Assembly: GCA_945883805.1 (NCBI GenBank)
Contig: CAMCYE010000006.1
Span: 10,583 to 74,582 of the forward strand
Source of the DNA: Victivallis vadensis
Lineage (GTDB): Bacteria; Verrucomicrobiota; Lentisphaeria; Victivallales; GWF2-50-93
DNA length: 64,000 nucleotides
Direction of reading: 5' to 3'
The notes under the pieces are model-generated. The model had not been told where the DNA came from, searched no databases, and saw nothing but the letters and a program-made list of their open reading frames with translations. The translations under genes were made by a program, and so were the position numbers. Below, in pieces: positions 18,173 to 27,786 of the stretch (position 1 is the first letter of the stretch; each line of letters begins with the position of its first letter).

Positions 18173-18407
18173 ATAAAATTGGTTGCGGCGTGAACTGCTC
18201 TATGCTACTCTTGTTACGCATCGGTGTCAAACTTTAGCTTTGGTGTTTTAGTTGCTTACAGAATATCAAATATTTTTAAAGACCAACTACGAACGAATTT
18301 GCCTCAAATCCCGTGTTCATTCCTGATTCCTGTGTAGGGTTCGCCGTACTCCAGAGGTGTATAAATCTCGGCGAATCCCAAGAATTACGAATTGAAAAAC
18401 CTTTCAC

Positions 18408-18660
18408 CTGACACTGACGACCATCGACTAGCGACTAATGACCGGCGACTGAAGTCTGGAGTTGCGGCTCTTGCCCGCCTAATTAAACGTATAGGAATTT
18501 CAAAGTTGTTAAAAGATTTCGAGTGACCAAGTGGCCAAGTTATCGGTTGGGGAATGAATCGGCGAAACGGAGAATCGGTGAATCGGAGTGTTAGGAAGAG
18601 TGCCGACGACTAACGACCGACGACTGACGACCAGAGTTGCGGCGCTTTTGCCACCTAATT
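18408..18660. repeat. repeat-dense spacer: heptamer/octamer word arrays plus two copies of a conserved GTTGCGGC..CCTAATT module and one ~80-bp dispersed element
   Basis: NNNCGAC heptamers (18408-18456 and 18601-18635). Octamers TGAATCGG CGAAACGG AGAATCGG TGAATCGG (18555-18586). GTTGCGGCTCTTGCCCGCCTAATT (18461-18484) and GTTGCGGCGCTTTTGCCACCTAATT (18636-18660). The segment 18461-18539 is the reverse complement of 47956-48042, with 72 of 79 aligned positions identical by my manual alignment plus one 8-nt indel. Confidence 0.85.
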
Positions 18661-18665
18661 CCCCA

Positions 18666-20450
18666 TCAGTCTCTTGTGCGGAATAAATACCACGTCCTAA
18701 GAATAGCAGCAACCAGAAAAAAGCCTATAAGGATTGAAAGGCATGTCATATTGGCTTTCCACAGTCCCGGATAATCTGACAGGGAATTATTTGTGATCTG
18801 CGCGGCCGCAGCTATTGGATTAAAGGACAAAATAATATATGAGAATGACGTTGAAATCCTGTTTCCCAGTACTAAAGGGGCAAGGCTGACAATGCAGATG
18901 ATAGCTGTTATGACGTAGCTGAAAGCCGTAGCCATGCCTGTATTCTTTGATACGGACGAGGAAAAAAGACCGCATGTCAGGAATGTCAAAGTGCTTAGAA
19001 GAAGGATGAAAATCCATATTATTATCCGTTTATAGGTCATCCACACATTGCCGTACCATCCGGCCTGCTGGGATCTTTGAATCACCTCCGCCCACCAATG
19101 CGGGGAAAAAACGGACCCATCTGGAAAAACAGTCTGCTGTTCAAGGTAGGCCATTGCGAAAATTACAAAGAAGCTGCTGACAATGAAAATCAGGGCGTAA
19201 AAGAAGGTGGCTTTCAATTTTCCGAAAATAACCGTGTACGGCTTCATGGGGGTCATCCTCAGCATGAGAAAAGTTCCGCTTGTGATTTCCTCGGTTATGA
19301 GCCCGCTGCTGACGCCGGGCGCCAGGAGGGCCACCACAGATATCTGAAAAATGATGGCGACGATCCTGACAGTATCGGCTTTTAGCATTGACGAATACTG
19401 CAGTGAAACAAGGGTTAAAATCACCAGGCTGATGATGAAAATCGCCGAAACAAGGCGAAGGACAAATTTGGGATTGGCGAAAAGTTTGCTCCTCATTTCC
19501 ACCACAAAAACAGGATTGGACCAGTTGGCTATGATCTTCTTTCTTTTAAGCGGATCTATAAGGTAGAAAGGCCATGTCAGCTTCCTCTTGATAGCCTGCC
19601 TGTTCCCAGTATAAAACTCGCCATGGACGACTTTGGATTTGACAATTGGCCTTGTTATCCCCTTGGAGAACAAACTGAATGAGACTATTGAGAAGAGAAG
19701 AGAGAATGCCATGAATATGCCATACGGGGTAATCGTGTCGCCTCGCGAAATAGTCTCCATTGAAAGGCGGTAAGTTTCAGGATAAAGAAGATAAAACATG
19801 GCATCGTAGGGGCTTATGCATCTTGCAAACTGCCAGACATCCTTGAACTTCTGGAGATAAAATATGTTGCTTAGCAGAGCCGAGGGCAGCCAGCTTGCTC
19901 CCGCAAAAACCATCATGACCGCGTAATTCATGACAATCGAGGTGGAGCTCCGCGAAAACCAAGCGCTGCACGCCAGCCCTGCAAGCCCGTAGCTTACCGC
20001 AGTCACTAAAATCAGGAAGACAATTTTAATCACAAGCAGAATGCTTATTCCTCCTGTCAGGGCGCAGACTGACGCAATCGGAATTGACAGGAAAACAAGT
20101 ATGACAATCATCAGTATTGAAGAAAAAAGTTTCCCCTGCATAATCTCATGGGGTCTCATCATTGTGATGAAAAGGCTGTCATAGGTGTTGTTTTCCTTCT
20201 CCCATGAAATCGAAGTGGCGGAGAAAGCCGGAACCATCAACAGGACAAGCGTCAGATTGACACCGAAGAAAAGGGTGAAAATCTGCCTGCTTCCTGACGA
20301 GGCGACCGAGTGAATGCCGCTTGCAGGCCATAGGAGGAGGATTACCAGTGCAAGAAGGATAAGGTATGCCCATATCAGGAAATTAGTCCTCGCCGATCTC
20401 GACGAGGCGTTAAACTCCCTTTGAAAAATAGGATTTACCGGAAACATCAT
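18666..20450 (-). CDS. ABC-2 type transporter permease, large (about 12 or more TM segments)
   Basis: 594-aa highly hydrophobic protein immediately downstream of an ABC ATPase. The family assignment rests on context and topology only. Confidence 0.6.
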   Translation of the reverse strand: MMFPVNPIFQREFNASSRSARTNFLIWAYLILLALVILLLWPASGIHSVASSGSRQIFTLFFGVNLTLVLLMVPAFSATSISWEKENNTYDSLFITMMRPHEIMQGKLFSSILMIVILVFLSIPIASVCALTGGISILLVIKIVFLILVTAVSYGLAGLACSAWFSRSSTSIVMNYAVMMVFAGASWLPSALLSNIFYLQKFKDVWQFARCISPYDAMFYLLYPETYRLSMETISRGDTITPYGIFMAFSLLFSIVSFSLFSKGITRPIVKSKVVHGEFYTGNRQAIKRKLTWPFYLIDPLKRKKIIANWSNPVFVVEMRSKLFANPKFVLRLVSAIFIISLVILTLVSLQYSSMLKADTVRIVAIIFQISVVALLAPGVSSGLITEEITSGTFLMLRMTPMKPYTVIFGKLKATFFYALIFIVSSFFVIFAMAYLEQQTVFPDGSVFSPHWWAEVIQRSQQAGWYGNVWMTYKRIIIWIFILLLSTLTFLTCGLFSSSVSKNTGMATAFSYVITAIICIVSLAPLVLGNRISTSFSYIILSFNPIAAAAQITNNSLSDYPGLWKANMTCLSILIGFFLVAAILRTWYLFRTRD

Positions 20451-20465
20451 AATCTCACCGCTTTA

Positions 20466-21392
20466 TCATTTATGACTTATAACATTCATGAAGACATCTT
20501 CGAGGTCCGCCTCATTTTCGGAAAACCATCTGACAAGCACATCGTTGTCTATCAGCAGCTTGAGGACATTTTTAACCTGATCTCTGGTGCCATTGAAGGC
20601 GCACTGGAACTGATCCTCGTCCACAGCCTTCACGTCGGCCACATGCTCTATTCTTTCAAGAATTCCCCGGGCATGATTCATATCCGAATCCAGAGTCATA
20701 TTTATGACTATTTTTTCCTGAAGCTCTCTTGTGATGTCCTTCACAGTTCCCTGCACAAGCAGTTCACCCTTGAAAATGATGCCGATAATGTCGCAAACCG
20801 ATGAAAGCTCTGGCAGTATGTGGCTTGAAAGCAGGATGGTCTTGCCGAGGGCGCTCAAACGTGAAATCGTATGGCGCATCTCGATTCTGGCTGTAGGGTC
20901 AAGTCCGCCTGCGGGCTCGTCAAGTATGAGTATCTGCGGATCATGAATAAGAGTCTTGGCAAGACCGATTCTCTGCCGCATTCCTCTTGACAGTGATGTC
21001 ACCTGATAGTCAATCATGTGCATTGCTTCAGTCAGCTTTAAAACTTCCTCTATCCTCTGTTTACGTTTTTTTGCGGGAATCTTATAGGCTGCACCGTAAA
21101 AATCAAGATATTCCCATACGCTCATCTGTTCGTAAACACCGAAAATATCAGGCATGTATCCTATTTTCTTTTTGATTTCCGAGATGTTCCTGGGCAAAAC
21201 CTCAAGATCCCCTATGAACGCCTTTCCGGAATCGGGCTTGAGAAGTCCGCATAGGATTTTAATGGTGGTGGTTTTGCCTGCGCCGTTCGGACCTACAAAT
21301 CCGTATATTTTACCGGCGGGAACATCCAGATTCAACGAAAAAATACCCCGGTCCTTAGCAAATCCCTTCGTCAGATTTTCAGTTCTTATCAT
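20466..21392 (-). CDS. ABC transporter ATP-binding protein (ABC-2/CcmA-like with C-terminal extra domain)
   Basis: Walker A GPNGAGKTTTIK, signature LSRGMRQR, Walker B ILILDEP. GGAG lies 7 nt upstream. Confidence 0.9.
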   Translation of the reverse strand: MIRTENLTKGFAKDRGIFSLNLDVPAGKIYGFVGPNGAGKTTTIKILCGLLKPDSGKAFIGDLEVLPRNISEIKKKIGYMPDIFGVYEQMSVWEYLDFYGAAYKIPAKKRKQRIEEVLKLTEAMHMIDYQVTSLSRGMRQRIGLAKTLIHDPQILILDEPAGGLDPTARIEMRHTISRLSALGKTILLSSHILPELSSVCDIIGIIFKGELLVQGTVKDITRELQEKIVINMTLDSDMNHARGILERIEHVADVKAVDEDQFQCAFNGTRDQVKNVLKLLIDNDVLVRWFSENEADLEDVFMNVISHK

Positions 21393-21438
21393 GAGATACT
21401 CCAGTTATTTTTATGGGAGCTCCGATTTACCGGAACCA

Positions 21439-23901
21439 TCAGTAAGAAAGAGGCGCAATGTCAGGACGCAACCTTCCTTTGACTCCAATTGAAAGTTCCT
21501 TCAACAGCCATTTGTTGGCGCGAAGCTTTTCGGACATGCTTGTGCCAGTATCTTTAAGATTCACGCTTAGGACGACCACGCCCTCGCCCGAATACGGATC
21601 AATCACTTTATCCAGGTTTTTTGTAAACACATACTCAGTATTGGTTTTTTTCTCACCCTGAATCTGCATTTCCGCCATCCCTTTCCCTCCAGGTTTATTG
21701 GAGACCGTGGGCTGTCCGGTGGAAAGCAGCATTTTCGGAACTACGCTAACCGACATGGTATCATTGAAATAGACAAGCCTTACATCAATCTCCTCCGGAA
21801 TCATCATCGAATACATCGGGGGAAGCTTGAAGAGTATCTTGTAATCCGCGCTGTTCTGCGAATAAGCCTGTGAAATCAATTCATTTCCGGGAATAACCGC
21901 CTTCGATGAAGAATCCGCCGCTGAAAGGACAATTGACTCCGGCCCGACATATATTTTTTCATTCTCGATTTTTTCCCTGACAGGGATGAAGTTTATTATT
22001 CTCGACTGGCAGCCTGAATCATTGAATTTCATGCTTGTTTTACCGGTGCTCACAAGAGCGACGCATGGTTTCATGGTTTTGAATCCGAAGCGGAGCGAAT
22101 CTGCAAGAGAGGCCATGATATTGTCACCCCTGGAAAAAGATCCGCCGATGCCGGGATCATATGAAAGTTTTCCGAATTTGCCGCTGAGAGGCATTATTTT
22201 GCCGGGGAATGCGAGAAAGGCAAAGTCATATTTCAAATCCTGGGGGCACTGCCACTCCTTGAACGAGAATCCTTTTTCGGTATACGTGACCTCAGGGAGC
22301 GGGATTTCCTTATTTGCCGGAACATCTACGGAGAACATGGCGTTCAGCTGCCTGGAGATATTTGTCCTGATATTCAATCTGAAAAGCTGGGGGATTCCGT
22401 AGGCGCACAACACTTCCATCGGATCAGTTGTTTTTTTTTCCATCAATCCCTTTGATGAATCATCGCCTATCGAAACGAACATCCTGTTGAATCCCGGAAC
22501 AATCGCCGAAAATCTAGTGTTTTCATCACTTCCCGTAAACGTTTCCACAACATCCTTCCTGGAAAATATTCCGTAATAGGCGTCAACCACCCCTGTGTCG
22601 CCTGCCGGATAACGGGCCTCAACCGAAGCGACAACAAGCGGGAAAGTGTTTTTGGCCGTGCCGGACGAAACCATGCCGAAGACGTAGAATGTCACAATCA
22701 GCGAGAGGATGACCGCTCCTGCAAGGGCGATATTGCCTTTCCTGAAATAAATTCCCGCTCCGGTGATCAGCGCCAGCAAGAGAAAATACCAGAAGAATAC
22801 GGCTTTGACAGCTCCCACTCCCGGAACCGTGTAGCCTGTCATTTCATCTAGACAGCCGGAAATCTTCCTTGTGTCGGCAAGGCGCGATTGGTGATTCAGG
22901 AAAAATAGCATCGCCTTTTCCCATGCGCCCGTCTTCTCCAAAACGGTTCCGGAAAGGGAAATCGCCGAAAACCGGGACTCGCCAAAACCGACTTTCTTCC
23001 AGCTGAAAACCGGAAACTGATTTTCCTTCAACCAGACAAGACTGTTCTCCCGGGGATAAGATTCAAGGAACTCAACCGGATCGGACTCGCCCCATTCCTT
23101 GAATTCCGGAAAGAATTTTTTAACGGACTGAATCCCGGTTATTTTCCTGATCCTGAGGGGATTTACAGGCAGAAGTTCCGTGAAAGGGGTGTTCGCAGCT
23201 TCAAGAGCGCCCTCAGGATCCGCAAATATGATGACACCTCCCTGCCTGACATAATCTATGACGGCTCTGAACTGACGGGAAGAATAACTCTTGAAATCAG
23301 GCCTTAGGACAATAATTGCCACAAATGATTTAAGAGATGACCAGTGAAAGGGCACTTCCTTGTGTGAAAGCTGGACTTGAAAGCACCTTTTCCTGAAAGC
23401 CTCAAGCTGGTTCACGGATCCCATGCTGGTGCCTGAAGAATCATTCAACACGCAAAATTGCGCCTCTTTCTCATTCATTGTTTTTATAATGACTGAGTCA
23501 ACTCCGGGGACCCTTTTATTCTCAACGTAAAGTTCAACATGAAAATTTTCCGACTCTTCAACCATTACCGAGGTGCCGTATTTGAGTGAAGCATTTGCGG
23601 GTATTATGAATTTTTCAGAGAACACGGTTCTTCTGCCCATGAAACTGCCCTCGTCGACAAGGCGCAAATACCCTTCGTATGATTTTGAATCCGGGTTGTC
23701 TATTGTACAGCTTAACGCAGCCCAAGTATTTTTCTGCACACGTGGAGACATCCCGACTTTGATACTTGACTTGGACAATGAAGGCAACGCATGCAGTACC
23801 GGGGCTGAACTCAAGTAGATGGAAAAAGAAAAAACTGCAAAGGACAATATTGAAAATGCATTTCGAGTCCTCCTCCGATAAATCCGCCTGATTTCATTCA
23901 T
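21439..23901 (-). CDS. hypothetical 820-aa membrane-associated protein (N-terminal signal/anchor, central TM cluster)
   Basis: N-terminal hydrophobic segment, and TM helices around residues 360-420. The segment VAIIVLRPDFKSYSSRQFRAVIDYVRQGGVIIFADPEG resembles the amidotransferase-like fold of ABC auxiliary (GldG-type) proteins. Its ATG overlaps the upstream gene stop (ATGA). Confidence 0.5.
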   Translation of the reverse strand: MNEIRRIYRRRTRNAFSILSFAVFSFSIYLSSAPVLHALPSLSKSSIKVGMSPRVQKNTWAALSCTIDNPDSKSYEGYLRLVDEGSFMGRRTVFSEKFIIPANASLKYGTSVMVEESENFHVELYVENKRVPGVDSVIIKTMNEKEAQFCVLNDSSGTSMGSVNQLEAFRKRCFQVQLSHKEVPFHWSSLKSFVAIIVLRPDFKSYSSRQFRAVIDYVRQGGVIIFADPEGALEAANTPFTELLPVNPLRIRKITGIQSVKKFFPEFKEWGESDPVEFLESYPRENSLVWLKENQFPVFSWKKVGFGESRFSAISLSGTVLEKTGAWEKAMLFFLNHQSRLADTRKISGCLDEMTGYTVPGVGAVKAVFFWYFLLLALITGAGIYFRKGNIALAGAVILSLIVTFYVFGMVSSGTAKNTFPLVVASVEARYPAGDTGVVDAYYGIFSRKDVVETFTGSDENTRFSAIVPGFNRMFVSIGDDSSKGLMEKKTTDPMEVLCAYGIPQLFRLNIRTNISRQLNAMFSVDVPANKEIPLPEVTYTEKGFSFKEWQCPQDLKYDFAFLAFPGKIMPLSGKFGKLSYDPGIGGSFSRGDNIMASLADSLRFGFKTMKPCVALVSTGKTSMKFNDSGCQSRIINFIPVREKIENEKIYVGPESIVLSAADSSSKAVIPGNELISQAYSQNSADYKILFKLPPMYSMMIPEEIDVRLVYFNDTMSVSVVPKMLLSTGQPTVSNKPGGKGMAEMQIQGEKKTNTEYVFTKNLDKVIDPYSGEGVVVLSVNLKDTGTSMSEKLRANKWLLKELSIGVKGRLRPDIAPLSY

Positions 23902-25685
23902 TTGTTTTTCATCTCCCCAACTAAAAAATTTGGAAGGGAGGGCTTGACTTCTACCGGAGATATTTTTTCGTTTTCCATGTAGGCTTTCGCCTGTCTTGCG
24001 TATTCTTTCAGGACATCTCCGGAAAGCTCCATATCTCCAGATTTGGAGTCACTCATGAAAGCAGCGCCTATGTCCTCGGCCATTTTCATGGCCTCCGGAT
24101 CCCTGCGCCCAATATCAATCAGGGCGAACAAAGCCGATATCCGCACAAAATTCGCATCAAAAGTATTTGGCGACATCGGCACCTTTAAAACAGTTTTCAT
24201 GCACAAATCATTCAACTGCGAGAGTGTTTGTCTGCTAGGGGAGTTTATTTTCGCCATTGCCCAGCAGGCATAAGACCTGTTCTCAGCCGGATATTCTCCG
24301 ACTGTCCTCTTAATTATGGAAAGAAGTTTATCTCTGAAGAACGGATCTGCGGTCCACCCCATGGATTCAATGGCCTGCGACGATACGGAAACCGCCGTGT
24401 CATCGCTTAATTTGACGATCGTTTCAAATGACTCCTTCATTTTGAACTTTCCAAGAGTTGAAGCCACAGCCTCCCTGACTTCAGCATTGCCGTGGGAGGC
24501 TTTTGCCGAAACCGTCTTCCAGGATTCGCGGTACTCAAGATTTCCCAGCGCTGTCACAGATCTCCTGACAAAGTCAGCCTCGCTGTCGTCCGCAGTTTCA
24601 AGCAGTTTTAGAATTGCAGATGAAAACCTTGTGTCCTTCATCTCCCCGAGAATCGCTACAGCCGCCGGCCTTCCCTCTTTCGAACTCAAACATTCATCGC
24701 CTATTTTTTTCTGGACATCCCTGTCAGGACTGATTTTCACCAGCGAACGCTCGGCCGCGTCCCTGATCTGCTTTGACTTGTCCCCTATTCTGGGGATCAG
24801 GGCGTTGATCGCATCCGCGCCCTTATATGAGCCCAGCGACACGCAGGCGAGTCTGCGGACTTCCTCATCCGAATCCGATGAAAGTTTTACATGGATTGGA
24901 AGTCTTTCATCACAAGGTGAGGCAGAGGCGACCAGTATCCGGATCGCAATATCCTTGTCCTCGGAAAGTGTTTTCAAAAGCGAATTTCCGCCTTTGCCCC
25001 TGGCGGACAGGGCCGAGCCCAATGCGTATTTCACCAAGGGGTCTTTGTCGGAAAGTACTTTGCCTATCCTGGACTCCTTGTCGGGTTCCTGGCTTTTAAT
25101 TACAGCCACCCTGACAACTCCGGCACGCTGACATGCATTTTCTGAAACCAGAAATTGATCAATATCGGAATCGCGTGAATTCCTGCACATTTCAATACTG
25201 GATGCAATTTCAGACCAGCTGAAGTTCATGACGAACTCCGAGTTCTCCGAGGCAAGCATTTCATAGACCGGAGAAACATCGTTCGACGCCTTCAAATACA
25301 GGGCGGATGCAAAAGCCCTTGCGGAAGCGTTCCGGGACTTTAAAAGCTGTTTCAGAAGTGAAACTTTCTTACAGTTGCCAATGTTTCTCATATTGTAAAG
25401 CGACGAAAGTATGTCCGCCTGCACAAGGGGATTCTTCTCGCTCTGCAGAAGTCCTTCGAGAGCCTCAATTGCCGCGATATTGTTTGAAAGGGCGAGGGTG
25501 AGTACGATTTTGGAATGAATCCGGGCGTCCTTGACCTTTAAATAATAATCCTCCTGCATTTTAATTGCTGCGGCATCGGCATAGAACGGTGCCGGAGGCG
25601 CTTCGGTGTTCACATTATCAAAAGGCATTTTATCCCAGACAGGCAGAAGGAGGGGGATGAAGGCGAATAAATTTCTGATATTCAT
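23898..25685 (-). CDS. HEAT-repeat protein with N-terminal hydrophobic segment
   Basis: Recurring ~30-aa helical repeats with VR..A...LG signatures (EEVRRLACVSLG, AEVREAVASTLG, DFVRRSVTALGN). 595 aa. Confidence 0.7.
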   Translation of the reverse strand: MNIRNLFAFIPLLLPVWDKMPFDNVNTEAPPAPFYADAAAIKMQEDYYLKVKDARIHSKIVLTLALSNNIAAIEALEGLLQSEKNPLVQADILSSLYNMRNIGNCKKVSLLKQLLKSRNASARAFASALYLKASNDVSPVYEMLASENSEFVMNFSWSEIASSIEMCRNSRDSDIDQFLVSENACQRAGVVRVAVIKSQEPDKESRIGKVLSDKDPLVKYALGSALSARGKGGNSLLKTLSEDKDIAIRILVASASPCDERLPIHVKLSSDSDEEVRRLACVSLGSYKGADAINALIPRIGDKSKQIRDAAERSLVKISPDRDVQKKIGDECLSSKEGRPAAVAILGEMKDTRFSSAILKLLETADDSEADFVRRSVTALGNLEYRESWKTVSAKASHGNAEVREAVASTLGKFKMKESFETIVKLSDDTAVSVSSQAIESMGWTADPFFRDKLLSIIKRTVGEYPAENRSYACWAMAKINSPSRQTLSQLNDLCMKTVLKVPMSPNTFDANFVRISALFALIDIGRRDPEAMKMAEDIGAAFMSDSKSGDMELSGDVLKEYARQAKAYMENEKISPVEVKPSLPNFLVGEMKNK

Positions 25686-25717
25686 TGCAGTTTCCCGTAT
25701 TCTTCAAATTTTAACCG

Positions 25718-26707
25718 CTAGTTCTCTTCCAATATTCCGGTGACGTGTGAGAGGACCTTATTTTCGACTTCGGAGATATTGTCGGTTTTCATGAATCCGC
25801 CTGCGGCTAGTTCATGTCCGCCACCGTTGAGGATTCTTGCGATTTTCGCAACTGAATATTTCTTGTTTTTTGAACGCATGGAGATTTTAAAACCGTCGTC
25901 TTTCCTGTAGAATACAACGGCAATTTCAACCCCTTCAATCTGGCGGAGGGAATCAATAAGCATTTCAGTGTCTTTCTTGTCAACACCGTGCCTCTTCAGG
26001 ATTTCATCGCTCAGATACATCCAGGCATAACGTCCGGAACACGCCATCCTCACATGATTTAAAATAAGTTCCGCGGACATCCTTACGAAGCCGAGAGGCT
26101 GCGAGAAGAACATGGTGTTGATTATTCTCGGATAGTCGGCATCGAGTGCCAGAAGATCTGACGCCGCATTGAATGTTGAGGTCTTCGTATTGTCGAAACG
26201 GAAGCCCCCGGTGTCCATGACAATGCCGATGAGCAGAGCTGTCGCGGCTTTCCGTGAAATCCGCATTTCACAGGAATCATTGAGTGCCCTGAAAATGATT
26301 TCCGCAGTTGCTGCGGATTCGGAATTAATGAAATTAGCCCTGCCGAAAAGTTTGTTGTCGGGATGATGGTCAATATTCACAAGGGGGCAAGACGTGATTT
26401 TCTCCTTTGCAGATTTGTCAACGCCAAGTCTGTCGGGAAGCGAAGTGTCAAGACACAGTATCCATGAATACGAGCCCAATTCCGGAGATGTTCCGATCAT
26501 GATCCCGTCCGGAACAAAAGAAGCGTATCTCATCGGCGGCTGTTCCGGAAGAAAAGCATCGGCCTTTTTCCCATTCTCGCGCAAAACTGTAAAAAGGCCG
26601 AAAAGCGAACCCAGGGCGTCCCCATCCGGCTTCTCATGGGTCAATAAAAGGAAATTGTCGTTTCCCCGTATGAATTCTCCAAGTTCCGATGAAATGTTAG
26701 GAGCCAT
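25718..26707 (-). CDS. nrnA: DHH-family phosphoesterase (NrnA-like bifunctional oligoribonuclease/pAp phosphatase)
   Basis: DHH motifs HEKPDGDALGS and NIDHHPDN. DHHA1 motif GGGHELAAGG. Confidence 0.8.
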   Translation of the reverse strand: MAPNISSELGEFIRGNDNFLLLTHEKPDGDALGSLFGLFTVLRENGKKADAFLPEQPPMRYASFVPDGIMIGTSPELGSYSWILCLDTSLPDRLGVDKSAKEKITSCPLVNIDHHPDNKLFGRANFINSESAATAEIIFRALNDSCEMRISRKAATALLIGIVMDTGGFRFDNTKTSTFNAASDLLALDADYPRIINTMFFSQPLGFVRMSAELILNHVRMACSGRYAWMYLSDEILKRHGVDKKDTEMLIDSLRQIEGVEIAVVFYRKDDGFKISMRSKNKKYSVAKIARILNGGGHELAAGGFMKTDNISEVENKVLSHVTGILEEN

Positions 26708-26734
26708 ATAAAGTCGCCCTTTCCGATGGTTGGT

Positions 26735-27259
26735 TCAAACCGGTCTGATGCCCGAAAGCGTAAATACGTGTTCACGTTCTTTATTTACGGTGTAAAGGCG
26801 CTTAAGGGAGGAATTCGTATTCGAATGGGCTGCAATAACCTTTCCAATGACCACAGCGCAGTCTCCGGGTTTTATCATGTCAACCAGTTCGCATTCGAAA
26901 TTCGCAACCGCATCCGCAAGGAGAGGAGACTTCACAAGTTTCGCTTCCTGCGTCTTAAGACCGGCCTCGGATATCTTATCCCTGCCATTGCCATGACATT
27001 TTCCGGCATGGAGAGTTTCCGTTGACATGCCCTCATGCGGGAAGGCCACGACAAAATGCCCAGTTTCCTTTATCAGCTTGTAGGTATGCGCTTCCTCATC
27101 AATTCCCAGAATAAACATCAGAGGATCAGAAGATGCAACTGTTATCCACCCCACCGCCATCACATTGGTTTTCCCGTCTTTTCCACAGGTTGTCACAAGC
27201 ACCACCTGTTCAGGATATTTACGGGTTATGGCCTCTTCGATTTTGACTTGTTTCTGCAT
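26735..27259 (-). CDS. flavin reductase-like (FMN-binding split barrel) protein
   Basis: VVLVTTCGKDGKTNVMAVGW and overall size of 174 aa are typical of the flavin reductase domain family. Confidence 0.7.
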   Translation of the reverse strand: MQKQVKIEEAITRKYPEQVVLVTTCGKDGKTNVMAVGWITVASSDPLMFILGIDEEAHTYKLIKETGHFVVAFPHEGMSTETLHAGKCHGNGRDKISEAGLKTQEAKLVKSPLLADAVANFECELVDMIKPGDCAVVIGKVIAAHSNTNSSLKRLYTVNKEREHVFTLSGIRPV

Positions 27260-27285
27260 GATGCCAACCTTGAAAATCGATCTCC

Positions 27286-27420
27286 AGCTGTGAGTTGATA
27301 GCTGATAGTTGACTACGAACTACGAGCTACGAGCTGTGAGCTGACAGGTCATAGGTGTTCGCTGATTAACTATTAACTTTGAACTACGAACTACGAGCTA
27401 TGAGCTACGAGCTACGAGCT
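27286..27420. repeat. two heptamer word arrays of the GAGCTAC/GAACTAC family
   Basis: AGCTGTG AGTTGAT AGCTGAT AGTTGAC TACGAAC TACGAGC TACGAGC TGTGAGC (27286-27348). GAACTAC GAACTAC GAGCTAT GAGCTAC GAGCTAC GAGCT (27381-27420). The second array overlaps the rbfA stop codon. Confidence 0.9.
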
Positions 27421-27786
27421 TTTACGCTCCGGCTCACCCTTCTCCATATCGGAAATAATCTCCAGAACCCGATCGCCCTTCTGGATGGTCTCATCAATCA
27501 CAAACTCGAGAACTGGAGTGTACTTGATTACAACATCTTTGGCTATTTTAGCCTGGAGATGATGCCGGTTGCTGTTGAGGAAATGCAAAACTTTGTCCTT
27601 AGTGGACTCATTGGTCTTGCCGAGGATACTGACAAACACTTTGGCGTTCCTGAGATCCGGCGTGGTTTTCACGTCGCTGACAGTGACCAGACAATTCTTG
27701 ATACGGAAATCCAGCCTTTCCATCAGATCGGCTATTTCCCTTTTGAGAAGCTCATTGATTCTGTCCAACCTGCTGTAGTTTTTCAT
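27412..27786 (-). CDS. rbfA: ribosome-binding factor A
   Basis: RINELLKREIADLM...VTVSDVKTTPDLRNAKVFVSILG. 4-nt overlap with the infB stop. Confidence 0.9.
   Translation of the reverse strand: MKNYSRLDRINELLKREIADLMERLDFRIKNCLVTVSDVKTTPDLRNAKVFVSILGKTNESTKDKVLHFLNSNRHHLQAKIAKDVVIKYTPVLEFVIDETIQKGDRVLEIISDMEKGEPERKSS

Noticed and set aside
18461-18660. Possible CRISPR array, suggested by two GTTGCGGC...CCTAATT copies
   Set aside because: There are only two copies, 175 bp apart, with no regular repeat-spacer periodicity and no cas genes. The copies belong to the mosaic intergenic repeat family that is also found singly at other loci.
24316-25131. 271-aa plus-strand ORF inside the HEAT-repeat gene (and similar ones at 8488..9030, 36009..36734, 29938..30579 and 45902..46558)
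   Set aside because: All are antisense or overlapping frames within well-supported genes. Their compositions are Ser- or Arg-rich, and I found no ribosome-binding sites or motifs.
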